Assembly: GCA_963727445.1 (NCBI GenBank)
Contig: CAVSGI010000009.1
Span: forward strand, 224,001 to 288,000
Reading direction: 5' to 3'
Source of the DNA: an uncultured delta proteobacterium
Lineage (GTDB): Bacteria; Myxococcota_A; Polyangia; Polyangiales; B10-G4
Length of the DNA: 64,000 nucleotides
Part shown: one piece after another, positions 29,493 to 38,639 of the stretch
How the letters are laid out: every line of letters starts with the position of its first letter
Position numbering within the stretch: the stretch's first letter is position 1
Notes under the pieces: model-generated
Seen by the model: the letters and a program-made list of their open reading frames with translations, nothing else
What the model was told of the DNA's origin: nothing
Database searches by the model: none
Program-made: the position numbers and the translations under genes

Positions 29493-31235
29493 TCAGCCGC
29501 GACCCTTCTTCTTCCTCTTCATGTCGGGGCGAGGCTTTCGATGGGGCTTGGGTCGCGGCTTGGCGTGGCCCTTGGAGCCTCGCTCGCGAGAGGGGGGGCT
29601 CGGGCGCGCGACCGAGACCCGGATGTCTCGACCCCGCAGGCGAACGTTCTCCCTTCCCGCGAGAACGCGGTCCGCGAGGTCGCGGTCCACACGGACGAAA
29701 GTCTTGTGGGGCAGGATCGTGATCCGCCCGACCTGGCTGCGGTTCGCCGAGAAGTCGTTGGTGAGCGCGCCGACCACGTCCGCCGGGCGGATGCCGCGAG
29801 ACTTGCCGACGGGGAGAAAGAGATCGACGCCCTCTCGGTCGACTTCGCCGCCTCCACGCTGTTGCGCGGGCTTCTTCACCCACGCAGGCGGCGCACTGCT
29901 GGGATGGCCCGTCGGGTCGACTCCCCGCTCGCGCGCCAGGATGCCGAGCGCCGCGCGCGCGACTTCCTCCGGCGTGTGCTCGAGGGCGAGCTCCTCGACG
30001 AGTTGGTGCTCGACGGGTGTCGGCTCCCGCTGCATGGCCTCCGCCAGCTCGGCTGCGAGTCGCTGCCGCTTGCGGGCGTCCACGTCGGCGTCCGTGGGCA
30101 CTGGCACCTTGTCGATGGTCACGCGCAGCGCCCGCGTGAGCGTGCGCATCTTCGCCGACTCTCGCGGCGTCACCAGGCTGATCGCCATTCCCGGGCGTCC
30201 CGCGCGTCCCGTCCGGCCGATGCGGTGCACGTAGCTCTCGTTGTCGTCGGGGAGGTCGAGGTTGATCACGTGAGAGATGTGCTCGACGTCGATCCCACGC
30301 GCGGCGACGTCGGTCGCAACCAGCACGTCGATGCGCCGATTGCGGAATCCGTCGAGGACCTTCTCGCGCGCGGCCTGGCTGAGGTCTCCGTGAAGAGCGT
30401 CTACGGAGAAGCCCCGCCCGGCGAGGTCCTCCGCGACGTCGGCGCAGCCCAGCCTCGTGCGCGCGAAGACCAGCGTGGCATCTCTGTCTTCGGTGGCGAG
30501 GATGCGCAGCAGTGCGTCGAGCTTGAAGCGTTGGGGCACGACCATGCCGCGCTGCTCGATGTGGCTCGTTTCGAGGGCGCCGGCCTCCACCTGGATCTCC
30601 AGTGGATCGGACAGGTGTGCCTCGGCCACCTTGCGGATCGCCGGCGGCATCGTCGCGGAGAAGAGCGCGACCTGTCGTCCCTCCGGCGAGGCGGCGATGA
30701 TGCGCTCCACGTCTTCGATGAAGCCCATGCGCAGCATCTCGTCGGCCTCGTCCAGGACGAGGAGCGACAGCTGCGAGAGGTCGAGGCTGCCGCGCTCGAG
30801 ATGGTCGATCACGCGTCCGGGGGTGCCGACCACGATGGGGACGCCTCGAGACAGCGCCTGGAGCTGGGGACGGTAGGCGGCTCCTCCGTAGATGGTCGCC
30901 ACCCGCAGGGGCAACCCGTGGGCGAAGCTCTCGAAGGCCTCGGTGACCTGGAGGGCCAGTTCGCGCGTCGGTGCGAGCACCAGCGCGTGCACGCCCTTGG
31001 CCCCCGCAGCCAGCTTCGTGAGGAGTGGGAGCCCGAAGGCGGCCGTCTTGCCAGAGCCGGTGCGCGCCCGGGCGATCACGTCCCGTCCGCTCAGGATGGC
31101 AGGGATGGTCTGCCGCTGAATCGGGGTCGGCTCGGAGAAGCCCAGGTGTTTCACGGCTTCGAGAATGCGGGGATCGAGGGAGAGCGCCTCGAAGCCGGCC
31201 TCCGTCTCGGGGGCAGCGTCGGAATTTTCGGACAT
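29493..31235 (-). CDS. deaD: DEAD-box RNA helicase with a DbpA-type RNA-binding domain
   Basis: GFSEPTPIQ, ARTGSGKT, PTRELA, DEAD, SAT, HRIGRTGRAG; GIRPADVVGAL. Confidence 0.93.
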   Translation of the reverse strand: MSENSDAAPETEAGFEALSLDPRILEAVKHLGFSEPTPIQRQTIPAILSGRDVIARARTGSGKTAAFGLPLLTKLAAGAKGVHALVLAPTRELALQVTEAFESFAHGLPLRVATIYGGAAYRPQLQALSRGVPIVVGTPGRVIDHLERGSLDLSQLSLLVLDEADEMLRMGFIEDVERIIAASPEGRQVALFSATMPPAIRKVAEAHLSDPLEIQVEAGALETSHIEQRGMVVPQRFKLDALLRILATEDRDATLVFARTRLGCADVAEDLAGRGFSVDALHGDLSQAAREKVLDGFRNRRIDVLVATDVAARGIDVEHISHVINLDLPDDNESYVHRIGRTGRAGRPGMAISLVTPRESAKMRTLTRALRVTIDKVPVPTDADVDARKRQRLAAELAEAMQREPTPVEHQLVEELALEHTPEEVARAALGILARERGVDPTGHPSSAPPAWVKKPAQQRGGGEVDREGVDLFLPVGKSRGIRPADVVGALTNDFSANRSQVGRITILPHKTFVRVDRDLADRVLAGRENVRLRGRDIRVSVARPSPPSRERGSKGHAKPRPKPHRKPRPDMKRKKKGRG

Positions 31236-31284
31236 CAGAGTCGACGGGTGATGACAGGTCGGAGCGGCACGCGCCAGGCGTAAC

Positions 31285-32202
31285 TCAGCGGGAGTACGCC
31301 CTGGCTCCTGCGAGCGGCAGGACCACGCCGGCGAGGATGAGCAACGCACCGACGATCTCGCGGGCGGCGGGAACCACGCCGAGGACGAGGATCGACAGCA
31401 CGAAGGCGAAGACGGGAGTCGTCAACGTGATCAGCTTCGTCCGAGACGCCGTGATGTGGCGGGCGGCGAACATCAAACAAAGTCGGCTGACGAAGGGGCC
31501 GCAGAAAGCGGCGGCGGCGGCCATCAGCCACGCGCGCATCGGGACCTCGGCCAGCACGCCCTGGGGCAGGAGATAGATCCCGAGCACCGCGACGGCGAGG
31601 ACGAGACGGATGACGTTGACGAAGACCGGATCGATGTCGCGGATGACCTTGCGCGTGTAGACCAGCATCGCTCCGAAGGAGACTGAGGCGACGAGCGCGA
31701 AGAGGACGCCTTTGACGCTCACGCGCGCCGCGCCCGGATCGTCGAGCGAGAGCACCGCGAAACCCGCGACCGCGAAGGTCGCCCCGATGACGAAGGTGGG
31801 GGTGATGCGCTCCTCGAGGAAGGCCCACGCGCCGAGCCCCACCACGAAGATCTGGGTCTGGAGAATGGTGCTGGTCAGGCCGGGATCGAGGTGACCGAGC
31901 GCCTCGGCCACACCGATGTTGCCGCCGATGGTGAGCAGACCGAGGACGACGGCGGCGCGAAGGTTCGCGCGACGATGGCTCGGTTGTCTCTCGCTGCGGC
32001 GCAGGCGAGACGCGGCGAAGGCGCCGTTGAAGAGCGTCGCGACACACAGCATCACGAGGACCGTGGCTTCCCTCGGGGCCACGGCGTTGGCGTCTTGAAA
32101 GAACAGGAGAAAGATCGCCGCGAAGACCGCGGCGATCAACGCCAGGGCATCGCCGCGCCGCTTCGAGCCGTCGGGCTCGGGGTGGCGATCCCGAGAGCGC
32201 AT
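31285..32202 (-). CDS. EamA/DMT family transporter
   Basis: About 10 TM in two repeats; FLEERIT; TPVFA. Confidence 0.88.
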   Translation of the reverse strand: MRSRDRHPEPDGSKRRGDALALIAAVFAAIFLLFFQDANAVAPREATVLVMLCVATLFNGAFAASRLRRSERQPSHRRANLRAAVVLGLLTIGGNIGVAEALGHLDPGLTSTILQTQIFVVGLGAWAFLEERITPTFVIGATFAVAGFAVLSLDDPGAARVSVKGVLFALVASVSFGAMLVYTRKVIRDIDPVFVNVIRLVLAVAVLGIYLLPQGVLAEVPMRAWLMAAAAAFCGPFVSRLCLMFAARHITASRTKLITLTTPVFAFVLSILVLGVVPAAREIVGALLILAGVVLPLAGARAYSR

Positions 32203-32233
32203 GGCTGGCGAGCCTACCAGGCCGCGCTCGTCC

Positions 32234-33208
32234 TCAGAACCGGTATGGGTAACGGATGGTGACGTCCTCGTCACCCTCGTGTCCGGCGAAGCGCGCCCCA
32301 CGGGCCGCACGCGCCATGCACGATCCCTCCGTGGACCCTGCGAAGGGGCCGGCGATGCGAATGGCGCGGGCGCGTCCGTTCGGCGTGACGGTGAGCTGCA
32401 CCTGGGTCAGGCCGTGACCACCGGCAGCGCACTGCGCCAGCGCGGGGCGGATGGCCTCCATCACGCGCTGCACCTCGTCGCGATCCGGGCCGACCGGCGC
32501 CGGGCTCTCCTCCACCGCCGGCTCCGTGGAGGGCTCCGGTCCATCCCCGTGCGTGGGAAGCGCGAGGGGTTCGACGTGTGCGACCGCGTGATCGAGAAGC
32601 TCGTCCATCGACGCCGTCGCAGTGTCGATGGGACGGGTCGTGGGCGCGGCGACTTCCTCTTCGAGGGTTTCCCTCTCCTGCGTCTCGGCCTGGGCCGCCG
32701 CGATGAGCGGCGGGGAAACGGTGGTCTCCGGCTCGGTAGTGGCTTCGCGCCGCACGCGATTTGGAGCGCGCTCCACCGTGATGGGCTCTTCCACCTCCAT
32801 CGTCTCCACACGGATCGAGCTCCCGACTGCGGGGGGCGTCGCCGCAGCGGGCGCTGCCGCATGCGCGACCGGCACCGTCGCCGGCGCGGCCAGCTCGGCA
32901 TCGAGCGTTGCACTCGCGGGCAGCGCATCCGCTCCTCGCCACGAGCCCACGAGCGCCACCAGCGCCCCGACCGATAACGCGACCAATGCCTGGAGGCCGC
33001 GAGGGACGCGCGGTGACCGGCGCCGCGTCGTGGCCACGGTGATCTCACCGACGGGATAGGACTGGCGTGGCGTCGGCCAGAGCTCCGACGCCGGCTCTTC
33101 GGCGGGCAACGGGGGTGGCGCGGCGGAGGCGACCAGACGGGACAGGTCCCAGGGCTGGCCTTCGTCTTGGGTGAGCGCGGGCGGGGCGGGTGGCGTGGCC
33201 TTCGACAT
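32234..33208 (-). CDS. Single-TM protein with a C-terminal TonB_C-like (AgmX/GltJ-type) domain
   Basis: TM, long Pro/Glu/Thr linker, VQRVMEAIRPALAQC...GSCMARA..ARF..TIRYPYRF. Confidence 0.78.
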   Translation of the reverse strand: MSKATPPAPPALTQDEGQPWDLSRLVASAAPPPLPAEEPASELWPTPRQSYPVGEITVATTRRRSPRVPRGLQALVALSVGALVALVGSWRGADALPASATLDAELAAPATVPVAHAAAPAAATPPAVGSSIRVETMEVEEPITVERAPNRVRREATTEPETTVSPPLIAAAQAETQERETLEEEVAAPTTRPIDTATASMDELLDHAVAHVEPLALPTHGDGPEPSTEPAVEESPAPVGPDRDEVQRVMEAIRPALAQCAAGGHGLTQVQLTVTPNGRARAIRIAGPFAGSTEGSCMARAARGARFAGHEGDEDVTIRYPYRF

Positions 33209-33375
33209 CGCTCACGAAGGAAAGCGAATGTCGTGCCGTTCCCTACATGCGCGGCGCCGGCCGTGATCGTTGAGCTTCTCGCTGCGCCGACGTGGCTGAG
33301 GGTGGACCACGATGTGGACGATGGTCCACTGGTCCACCCCTGGCGGCCTCGATGGCATGCTCTCTTTCGGAAGAG

Positions 33376-35379
33376 ATGACGGTGAAGAGAACGACAGACG
33401 GTCTGCTCGAGGAGCCGACGGGGGAGACGGGCACGGGCTATCTGCGATCCGTGGCTCGACACACCGCGACGGTCCTCGGGACCCGTTGGTGCTTCATCGG
33501 ACAGGTCGATCCTGGCGAACCGACGCGCGTCGACGTGCTGGCGTTCTGGGACGGTGAGTTCCAGGAGCCGTTTTCTTACGATTTGTCGGGAACGCCCTGC
33601 GAGAAAGTTCTCGAGCAGGTCTTCTGCCACTACCCACGAGGCGTTCAGGCGAAGTTCCCGGAAGACCAGATGCTCGTCGAGATGGGAGTCGAGGCGTACA
33701 CCGGCGTCGCCATCGCCGATCGCCGAGGGATCATCGGCCTCGTCGCCGCACTCCACGATCATCCCATCGAGTCCGCGGAGAAGGTGGGGCCGTCGCTCTG
33801 GGTCGCTGCCTCCCGTGCCGCCCTCGAGCTCGAGCGGATGCGGAGTGAGGCCGCGCTCCGCGCTTCCGACGCGCGCTATCGGAAGTTCGTCGAGCAATGC
33901 ATCGAAGGGGTGTGGTCCATCGACGCGATGGGCGTCACCGACTTCGTGAATCCGCAAATGGCGAAGATGCTCGGCCTCCGTGTCGAGGACATGCTCGGCC
34001 GCTCCATGTACGACTTCATGGACGAAGCCGCGCGCCTCGAGGCCGAGCAGAACATGGAGCGCCGAAGGCGGGGGATCGTGGAGCGCCACTCCTTTCGGCT
34101 CAAGCACGCGGATGGGCGCGACGTGTGGACCGAGATGGCGACGAACCCCATCGTCGACGACGCGGGAGAGACGCTCGGTGCTCTGGCGCTCGTCACGGAC
34201 GTCACCGAGCGGCGGCAGCTCCTCGAGAGCATGCAACAGAAGCAGAAGCTCGAGAGCCTCGGGCTGCTCGCCGGCGGGGTGGCCCACGACTTCAACAACC
34301 TGCTCGTGGGCATCCTCGGCAACGCGGACGTGGCTCTCCTACAGCCCGACCTCACACCCGCCTCGGAGCAGCTCCTCACCCGCATTCGGACCGCCGGCGT
34401 CCAGGCCGCGAAGCTAACCAAGCAGCTGCTGGCATACGCGGGCCACTCTCCTTTCCGGGCGGAGCCGATCGTCGTCTCGAAGCTCGTCGGCGATGTCGCC
34501 GAGATGCTTCGTGCGGGGCTGACAGCGCAGGTCTCGCTCGCGCTCGACGACGCGGTTCCCCTGCCTCCGATCGCGGCAGACCGCACGCAGCTCACCCAGG
34601 TCCTGGTCAATCTCGTCACCAACGCCGGCGACGCTCTCGGCGCGGACGGTGGAGAGGTTCGCATCTCCACGGGGCTGCTCGAGGCCGATGACCCGCTGCT
34701 CTCCCGCGGCTACATCGCGGACGATGCCGAGCCGGTTCCACACGTGTTCATCCGGGTTTCCGACGACGGTGTCGGCATGGACGAAGCGGCTCGCGCCCAC
34801 CTCTTCGACCCGTTCTTCACGACGAAGCCGTCAGGGCACGGGTTGGGGCTCGCGGCCGTGCTGGGGATTCTGCGCCGCCACCGGGGGACCGTCGTCATCG
34901 ACAGCGCTCCGGGCGAGGGGAGCACGTTCACCGTCTGTCTTCCGGTGCACGCGGACGTCGTGATGGGTACGGAGGGGTCGTCGGGCATGGCGCGGGGCAC
35001 ACCGACCCTGGCGGGCCGGCGGGTGCTCCTCGTGGACGACGAGGAGATGGTGCGAACCGTCGCGCGCGAGGCGCTCGGGCGTGAAGGCGTGCAGCTCGAC
35101 GAAGCCGAGAACGGCGAGCGGGCCCTCACCATGGTCGAGGAGGCGTCCGCGCCCTACGACGTCATACTCATGGATGTCGCCATGCCGGGAATCGATGGGA
35201 CCGAAACGCTGCGGCGCTTGCGCGCTCGCGGCTGTGACACGCCGGTGATCCTCTGCTCTGGCCACGCTTCCTTCGCTGTGCGAGAGGCGCCGGGGACGCT
35301 CTGGCTACCCAAGCCCTTCCAGCTCAGTGGTCTCCGTGACGCGGTCGAGGTCGCGATCTCACAGGTGCAAAGCCGCTAA
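33376..35379 (+). CDS. Hybrid sensor kinase GAF-PAS-HisKA-HATPase-REC
   Basis: GTPCEKV GAF, FVNP PAS, AHDFNNLL, DDGVG, FFTTK, GLGL, LVDDE..LMDVAMPG..KPF. Confidence 0.95.
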   Translation: MTVKRTTDGLLEEPTGETGTGYLRSVARHTATVLGTRWCFIGQVDPGEPTRVDVLAFWDGEFQEPFSYDLSGTPCEKVLEQVFCHYPRGVQAKFPEDQMLVEMGVEAYTGVAIADRRGIIGLVAALHDHPIESAEKVGPSLWVAASRAALELERMRSEAALRASDARYRKFVEQCIEGVWSIDAMGVTDFVNPQMAKMLGLRVEDMLGRSMYDFMDEAARLEAEQNMERRRRGIVERHSFRLKHADGRDVWTEMATNPIVDDAGETLGALALVTDVTERRQLLESMQQKQKLESLGLLAGGVAHDFNNLLVGILGNADVALLQPDLTPASEQLLTRIRTAGVQAAKLTKQLLAYAGHSPFRAEPIVVSKLVGDVAEMLRAGLTAQVSLALDDAVPLPPIAADRTQLTQVLVNLVTNAGDALGADGGEVRISTGLLEADDPLLSRGYIADDAEPVPHVFIRVSDDGVGMDEAARAHLFDPFFTTKPSGHGLGLAAVLGILRRHRGTVVIDSAPGEGSTFTVCLPVHADVVMGTEGSSGMARGTPTLAGRRVLLVDDEEMVRTVAREALGREGVQLDEAENGERALTMVEEASAPYDVILMDVAMPGIDGTETLRRLRARGCDTPVILCSGHASFAVREAPGTLWLPKPFQLSGLRDAVEVAISQVQSR

Positions 35380-35542
35380 ATGGACGACCACGATTCCGGA
35401 ACGGAGGATCGTGAAGGATGCGGGGTCGCTCGCAAGGAGAGCCGACGAAGGACGGCCGATAGGCCATTCGAGGAGGCCCGACGCGGCGAGCGGCGCCGCA
35501 GACGAGCGAGGAACGTTCCCGAATCGTAGTCGTCCATTTAGC
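35375..35542 (+). repeat. Palindromic REPIN/MITE-like element 1 (29-bp terminal inverted repeats, 2 mismatches)
   Basis: GCTAAATGGACGACCACGATTCCGGAACG (35375-35403) and CGTTCCCGAATCGTAGTCGTCCATTTAGC (35514-35542). Confidence 0.8.
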
Positions 35543-35545
35543 ACC

Positions 35546-35694
35546 ACTTGATTAGGGTCACGGCGGCCCTCGCTTGCTCAGGCATTTCCGAGCGCTCTCG
35601 CGCTCCTCGAAAGGGGGAGCACCCTGTCTTCGTCTCGCGAAAGCACTCGAAAACCCCTGCTCGGCGCGATCCTCCGCCGCCACCCCAATCAAGT
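35546..35694 (-). repeat. Palindromic REPIN/MITE-like element 2 (21-bp terminal inverted repeats, 3 mismatches)
   Basis: ACTTGATTAGGGTCACGGCGG (35546-35566) and CCGCCGCCACCCCAATCAAGT (35674-35694), plus long inner arms. Confidence 0.78.
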
Positions 35695-35711
35695 AGGCGC
35701 TTCGCCTCTAC

Positions 35712-36797
35712 TCAGGGGCAGGTTTCGAGGGCGGCGGCCACGCTCGCGTCGATGCCGGCGGTGGTCGACCAGACGTCGTGAGGCGTTGCCGGGACGATGC
35801 GGAGGGTCGCGCCATCGCCGACGGCGTTGAGGAAAGGAAGGAAGGTGGCCCCACACTCGTCCGCGCCGACGACGAAGGCGAGCTTCGTCGGATAGTCGTA
35901 GCGGCCGGTCGGCCCGACGACCCCGTCGTCGGCCAGCATCGAGGGGTCGCCGTCCTCGCAGTACGTGGCCCCACCCCATGCCGAGTCCACCACGGCGGCT
36001 GCGCCCTGAAGCGTGCAGTAGAGCGTCCCGCAAGCGATCCCTCGTTCGCTCGCCGCCGACGCACATCCCACGGTTGTCCAGTCGTTCGGGGCTGCGCTCG
36101 GGCAGACCTGGTCGAGGACGGTCATCGACGGACCGCCGAGGAGCGCCGCGCCGTCGAGTCGGTCCGCGCCGTCCCACCGGGCGAGCGCGTACGCGAGCTC
36201 GATTGCGCCGCCGCTCAGTCCCATCGCGCACAGGTTGTCGTCAGCGACGTTGTCGTCGATCCACCCGACGAGCGCGGCGTAGGCGCAGGACGCCGCCCGC
36301 ACGCCCCCATCACCGACGAACCAGCCCGGGCTCGCCCAGCGTCGCTGCACCACGCGGTACCCCGCGTCGCGGAGTCGCCCGAGCAGTAGAGGACCCATGA
36401 CGCCGTCCTCCACGAAACCATCCCCGCCGCCGCCGGTTCCGAGCACGAGCGTCGCGCGCGCGGCGCCCGTCGGCTCGGAGATTCGAACATCCACCGTGAT
36501 GTCCGGCCGCCCCTCGCACTGCACCGAGAGCTGCACACACCGACTCGACGGGAGCGCGCCCGCATCGCAGGCGCCGAGCTCGGTGACCTCGCCTGGCGGC
36601 GCGATCGAAGCGTCGGCGCCGGTATCCGAGGACGCGTCCGTGGCGCTGCTGTCGACCGAGGCGTCACCGCTCGATCCATCGAGGCGCCCGCCATCCGGTG
36701 ATGCATCCACCGTGGGTTCATCTCCGCCGCAGGCCACGAGGGCGGCGACGCCGAGAAGCGAGAAGCTTCGCCAGGAGCGAGCGGCGAGCGCTCTCAC
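35712..36797 (-). CDS. Lipoprotein with an alpha/beta-hydrolase fold
   Basis: Lipobox LVAC; GTGGGG; nucleophile elbow GLSGG; VVGADE; TPH. Confidence 0.78.
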   Translation of the reverse strand: MRALAARSWRSFSLLGVAALVACGGDEPTVDASPDGGRLDGSSGDASVDSSATDASSDTGADASIAPPGEVTELGACDAGALPSSRCVQLSVQCEGRPDITVDVRISEPTGAARATLVLGTGGGGDGFVEDGVMGPLLLGRLRDAGYRVVQRRWASPGWFVGDGGVRAASCAYAALVGWIDDNVADDNLCAMGLSGGAIELAYALARWDGADRLDGAALLGGPSMTVLDQVCPSAAPNDWTTVGCASAASERGIACGTLYCTLQGAAAVVDSAWGGATYCEDGDPSMLADDGVVGPTGRYDYPTKLAFVVGADECGATFLPFLNAVGDGATLRIVPATPHDVWSTTAGIDASVAAALETCP

Positions 36798-36804
36798 GTT
36801 TTTC

Positions 36805-37185
36805 TCAGGTGTCCCATTCGGCGAGGAGCCACTTCTCTGCGTCCTCGATCGAGTGGAATCCGCTCACGACCATCCGGTTCATCTCCGCCGTACGGGCGAC
36901 GCGCTTGGTCGTCTTCTCTTCGTTGGCGACGATGGCGATGCGGCGCATGCAGGACGTCGTGCTCATCCAGGTCCACATCTCTGCGCGGAGCTCGACCAAC
37001 GGGCGGTCGGCGTCACGGCCGTCGATCATCGCGCGCTTGCCGAGCTCGGGGGTCATCGCTTTCTCGATGGCCTGCTGGTAGGCCAGCATGTCCTCGCGGG
37101 CCGTCATCTTCCCTCGCACCTTGACGTAGAGGTAGCTCCCCTTGTCATGCAGCTCGTAGCGGAACGGCGCGTGTTCGTCGGTCAC
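36805..37185 (-). CDS. STAS/SEC14 (SpoIIAA-like) small protein; start uncertain (37185 or 37233)
   Basis: YLYVKVRG, MIDGR, RIAIV, FHSIEDAEKWL. Confidence 0.75.
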   Translation of the reverse strand: MTDEHAPFRYELHDKGSYLYVKVRGKMTAREDMLAYQQAIEKAMTPELGKRAMIDGRDADRPLVELRAEMWTWMSTTSCMRRIAIVANEEKTTKRVARTAEMNRMVVSGFHSIEDAEKWLLAEWDT

Positions 37186-37238
37186 CTGGAGCTTCCCTCG
37201 CCGGCCGATGGCCCATCGCGGAGGGTACCTCATCCTCG

Positions 37239-38540
37239 GTGTCGCGAGGAGCGCTCGCGGCCGTCCTCTTCTCTTCGTGCGCGATGCCCATCGACGACGC
37301 GCGGGACGAGGAAGTCGGGGCCACCGCCGAGGAGGTGACCTGCCCGCCCGTATTGCGTCATCACCCGATCGCCGGCCCGCACAACACTGGCTACGACCCG
37401 TCCTGGAGCGACTTCCGCTGCGACGGATCGCTCGCGAACAGCGACTACGGGGGTGATCATCACGGCATCGACATTTTCGCGCCCCGGGGAACGCTGGTCG
37501 TCTCTCCCGTCGACGGAGTGGTGCTCCGCGCCGGGGTGGCGAGCGCGTCCTCCGGCAATCGCGTGACGGTTCAGGACGGGTGCGGATGGGCCTACTACCA
37601 CGGTCACCTCGACACCATCGTGGTGCCAGCGGGCGCGCGGATCCACGCCGGGGATCCCATCGGAACCGTCGGCAACACCGGGACGCCGACGTCGCCGCAC
37701 GTGCACTTCAACGTCGACCGCGACGGCGACTACTACGACGACATCGATCCACTGCCCGTTCTCCTGCCGGTGGAGGGCTCGTCGTGCGGCCCCGATCCGG
37801 AGTGCGCCTCGCGGGCGGATGGCGCGTTCTGCGTCGATGGAACCCATCGTGGCACCTGTACGGGTGGTCGCTACGAGGTCGGCGACTGCGGCTTCTACGG
37901 AACGATCTGCGACATGGATACGGGCGTGGGGCGCTGCACGCCTCACCTCGACGGCGCCTTCCTCGGCTCGGATTTCGCGGGCGGTGTTCGCATCGAAGTC
38001 CCCGTGGGCGAGGAGGTGCACGGTTGCCTCACCTATCTCAACACGGGCGCCTGGGACTGGACGCCGGAGCTCACGCGGCTGGGAACGACCGAGCCGCGCG
38101 ATCGCGCCAGCGATCATCGGGCGAGTGATTGGCTCGCGCCGAATCGGCTCGCGGCCGTCGAAGCAGTCACACCGCGCGGCGCCCAGGGCCGCTTCTGCTT
38201 CTCGCTTCACGGTGCGGCGTCGCCGGGAGAGCGCGAGGAGAACTTCTCGCTCGTTCACGAGACCTTCTTCTGGGCGGCCGACGTGGGCGGCGTCGCGGAT
38301 TCGGTCAACCGTCTGACGGTGGTGACGACGGCTGCCCGGCCACCGGAGATGGGAATCGCGCCAGACGCCGACGCCGGCCCCGCGTTCACGGACGACGCGG
38401 GTCGCATGGCCGAGTCACCCGCACCAGGGCCAGAGGTGATCCACGGCTCGTGCAGCATCGGCTTCGGCCGCCCGTGCGCGCCGGCGCTCGCGGGCGTCGC
38501 GCTTGCGTTGCTGTTGCTGATGCGCCGCCGGCGGCGGTAA
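37239..38540 (+). CDS. M23 peptidase with an Ig-like domain and a MYXO-CTERM anchor
   Basis: HHGIDIFAPRGT (HxxxD), YYGH-like YYHGHL, PHVHF (HxH); GSCSIG..ALLLLMRRRRR. Confidence 0.9.
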   Translation: MSRGALAAVLFSSCAMPIDDARDEEVGATAEEVTCPPVLRHHPIAGPHNTGYDPSWSDFRCDGSLANSDYGGDHHGIDIFAPRGTLVVSPVDGVVLRAGVASASSGNRVTVQDGCGWAYYHGHLDTIVVPAGARIHAGDPIGTVGNTGTPTSPHVHFNVDRDGDYYDDIDPLPVLLPVEGSSCGPDPECASRADGAFCVDGTHRGTCTGGRYEVGDCGFYGTICDMDTGVGRCTPHLDGAFLGSDFAGGVRIEVPVGEEVHGCLTYLNTGAWDWTPELTRLGTTEPRDRASDHRASDWLAPNRLAAVEAVTPRGAQGRFCFSLHGAASPGEREENFSLVHETFFWAADVGGVADSVNRLTVVTTAARPPEMGIAPDADAGPAFTDDAGRMAESPAPGPEVIHGSCSIGFGRPCAPALAGVALALLLLMRRRRR

Positions 38541-38639
38541 CGCCAGACTTCGAAAGCGGACGCGGGTCGCCCCCCTCGCCGTCGCATGAATGTGCGGGGC
38601 CCCGTCCGCTACGGATGGGGCCTCAGAAACGAGGTGGGG

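Noticed and set aside
35375..35694. Integron attC sites or tRNA
   Set aside because: Ends lack RYYYAAC/GTTRRRY cores, flanking genes are convergent, no integrase is present and no cloverleaf or T-loop was found
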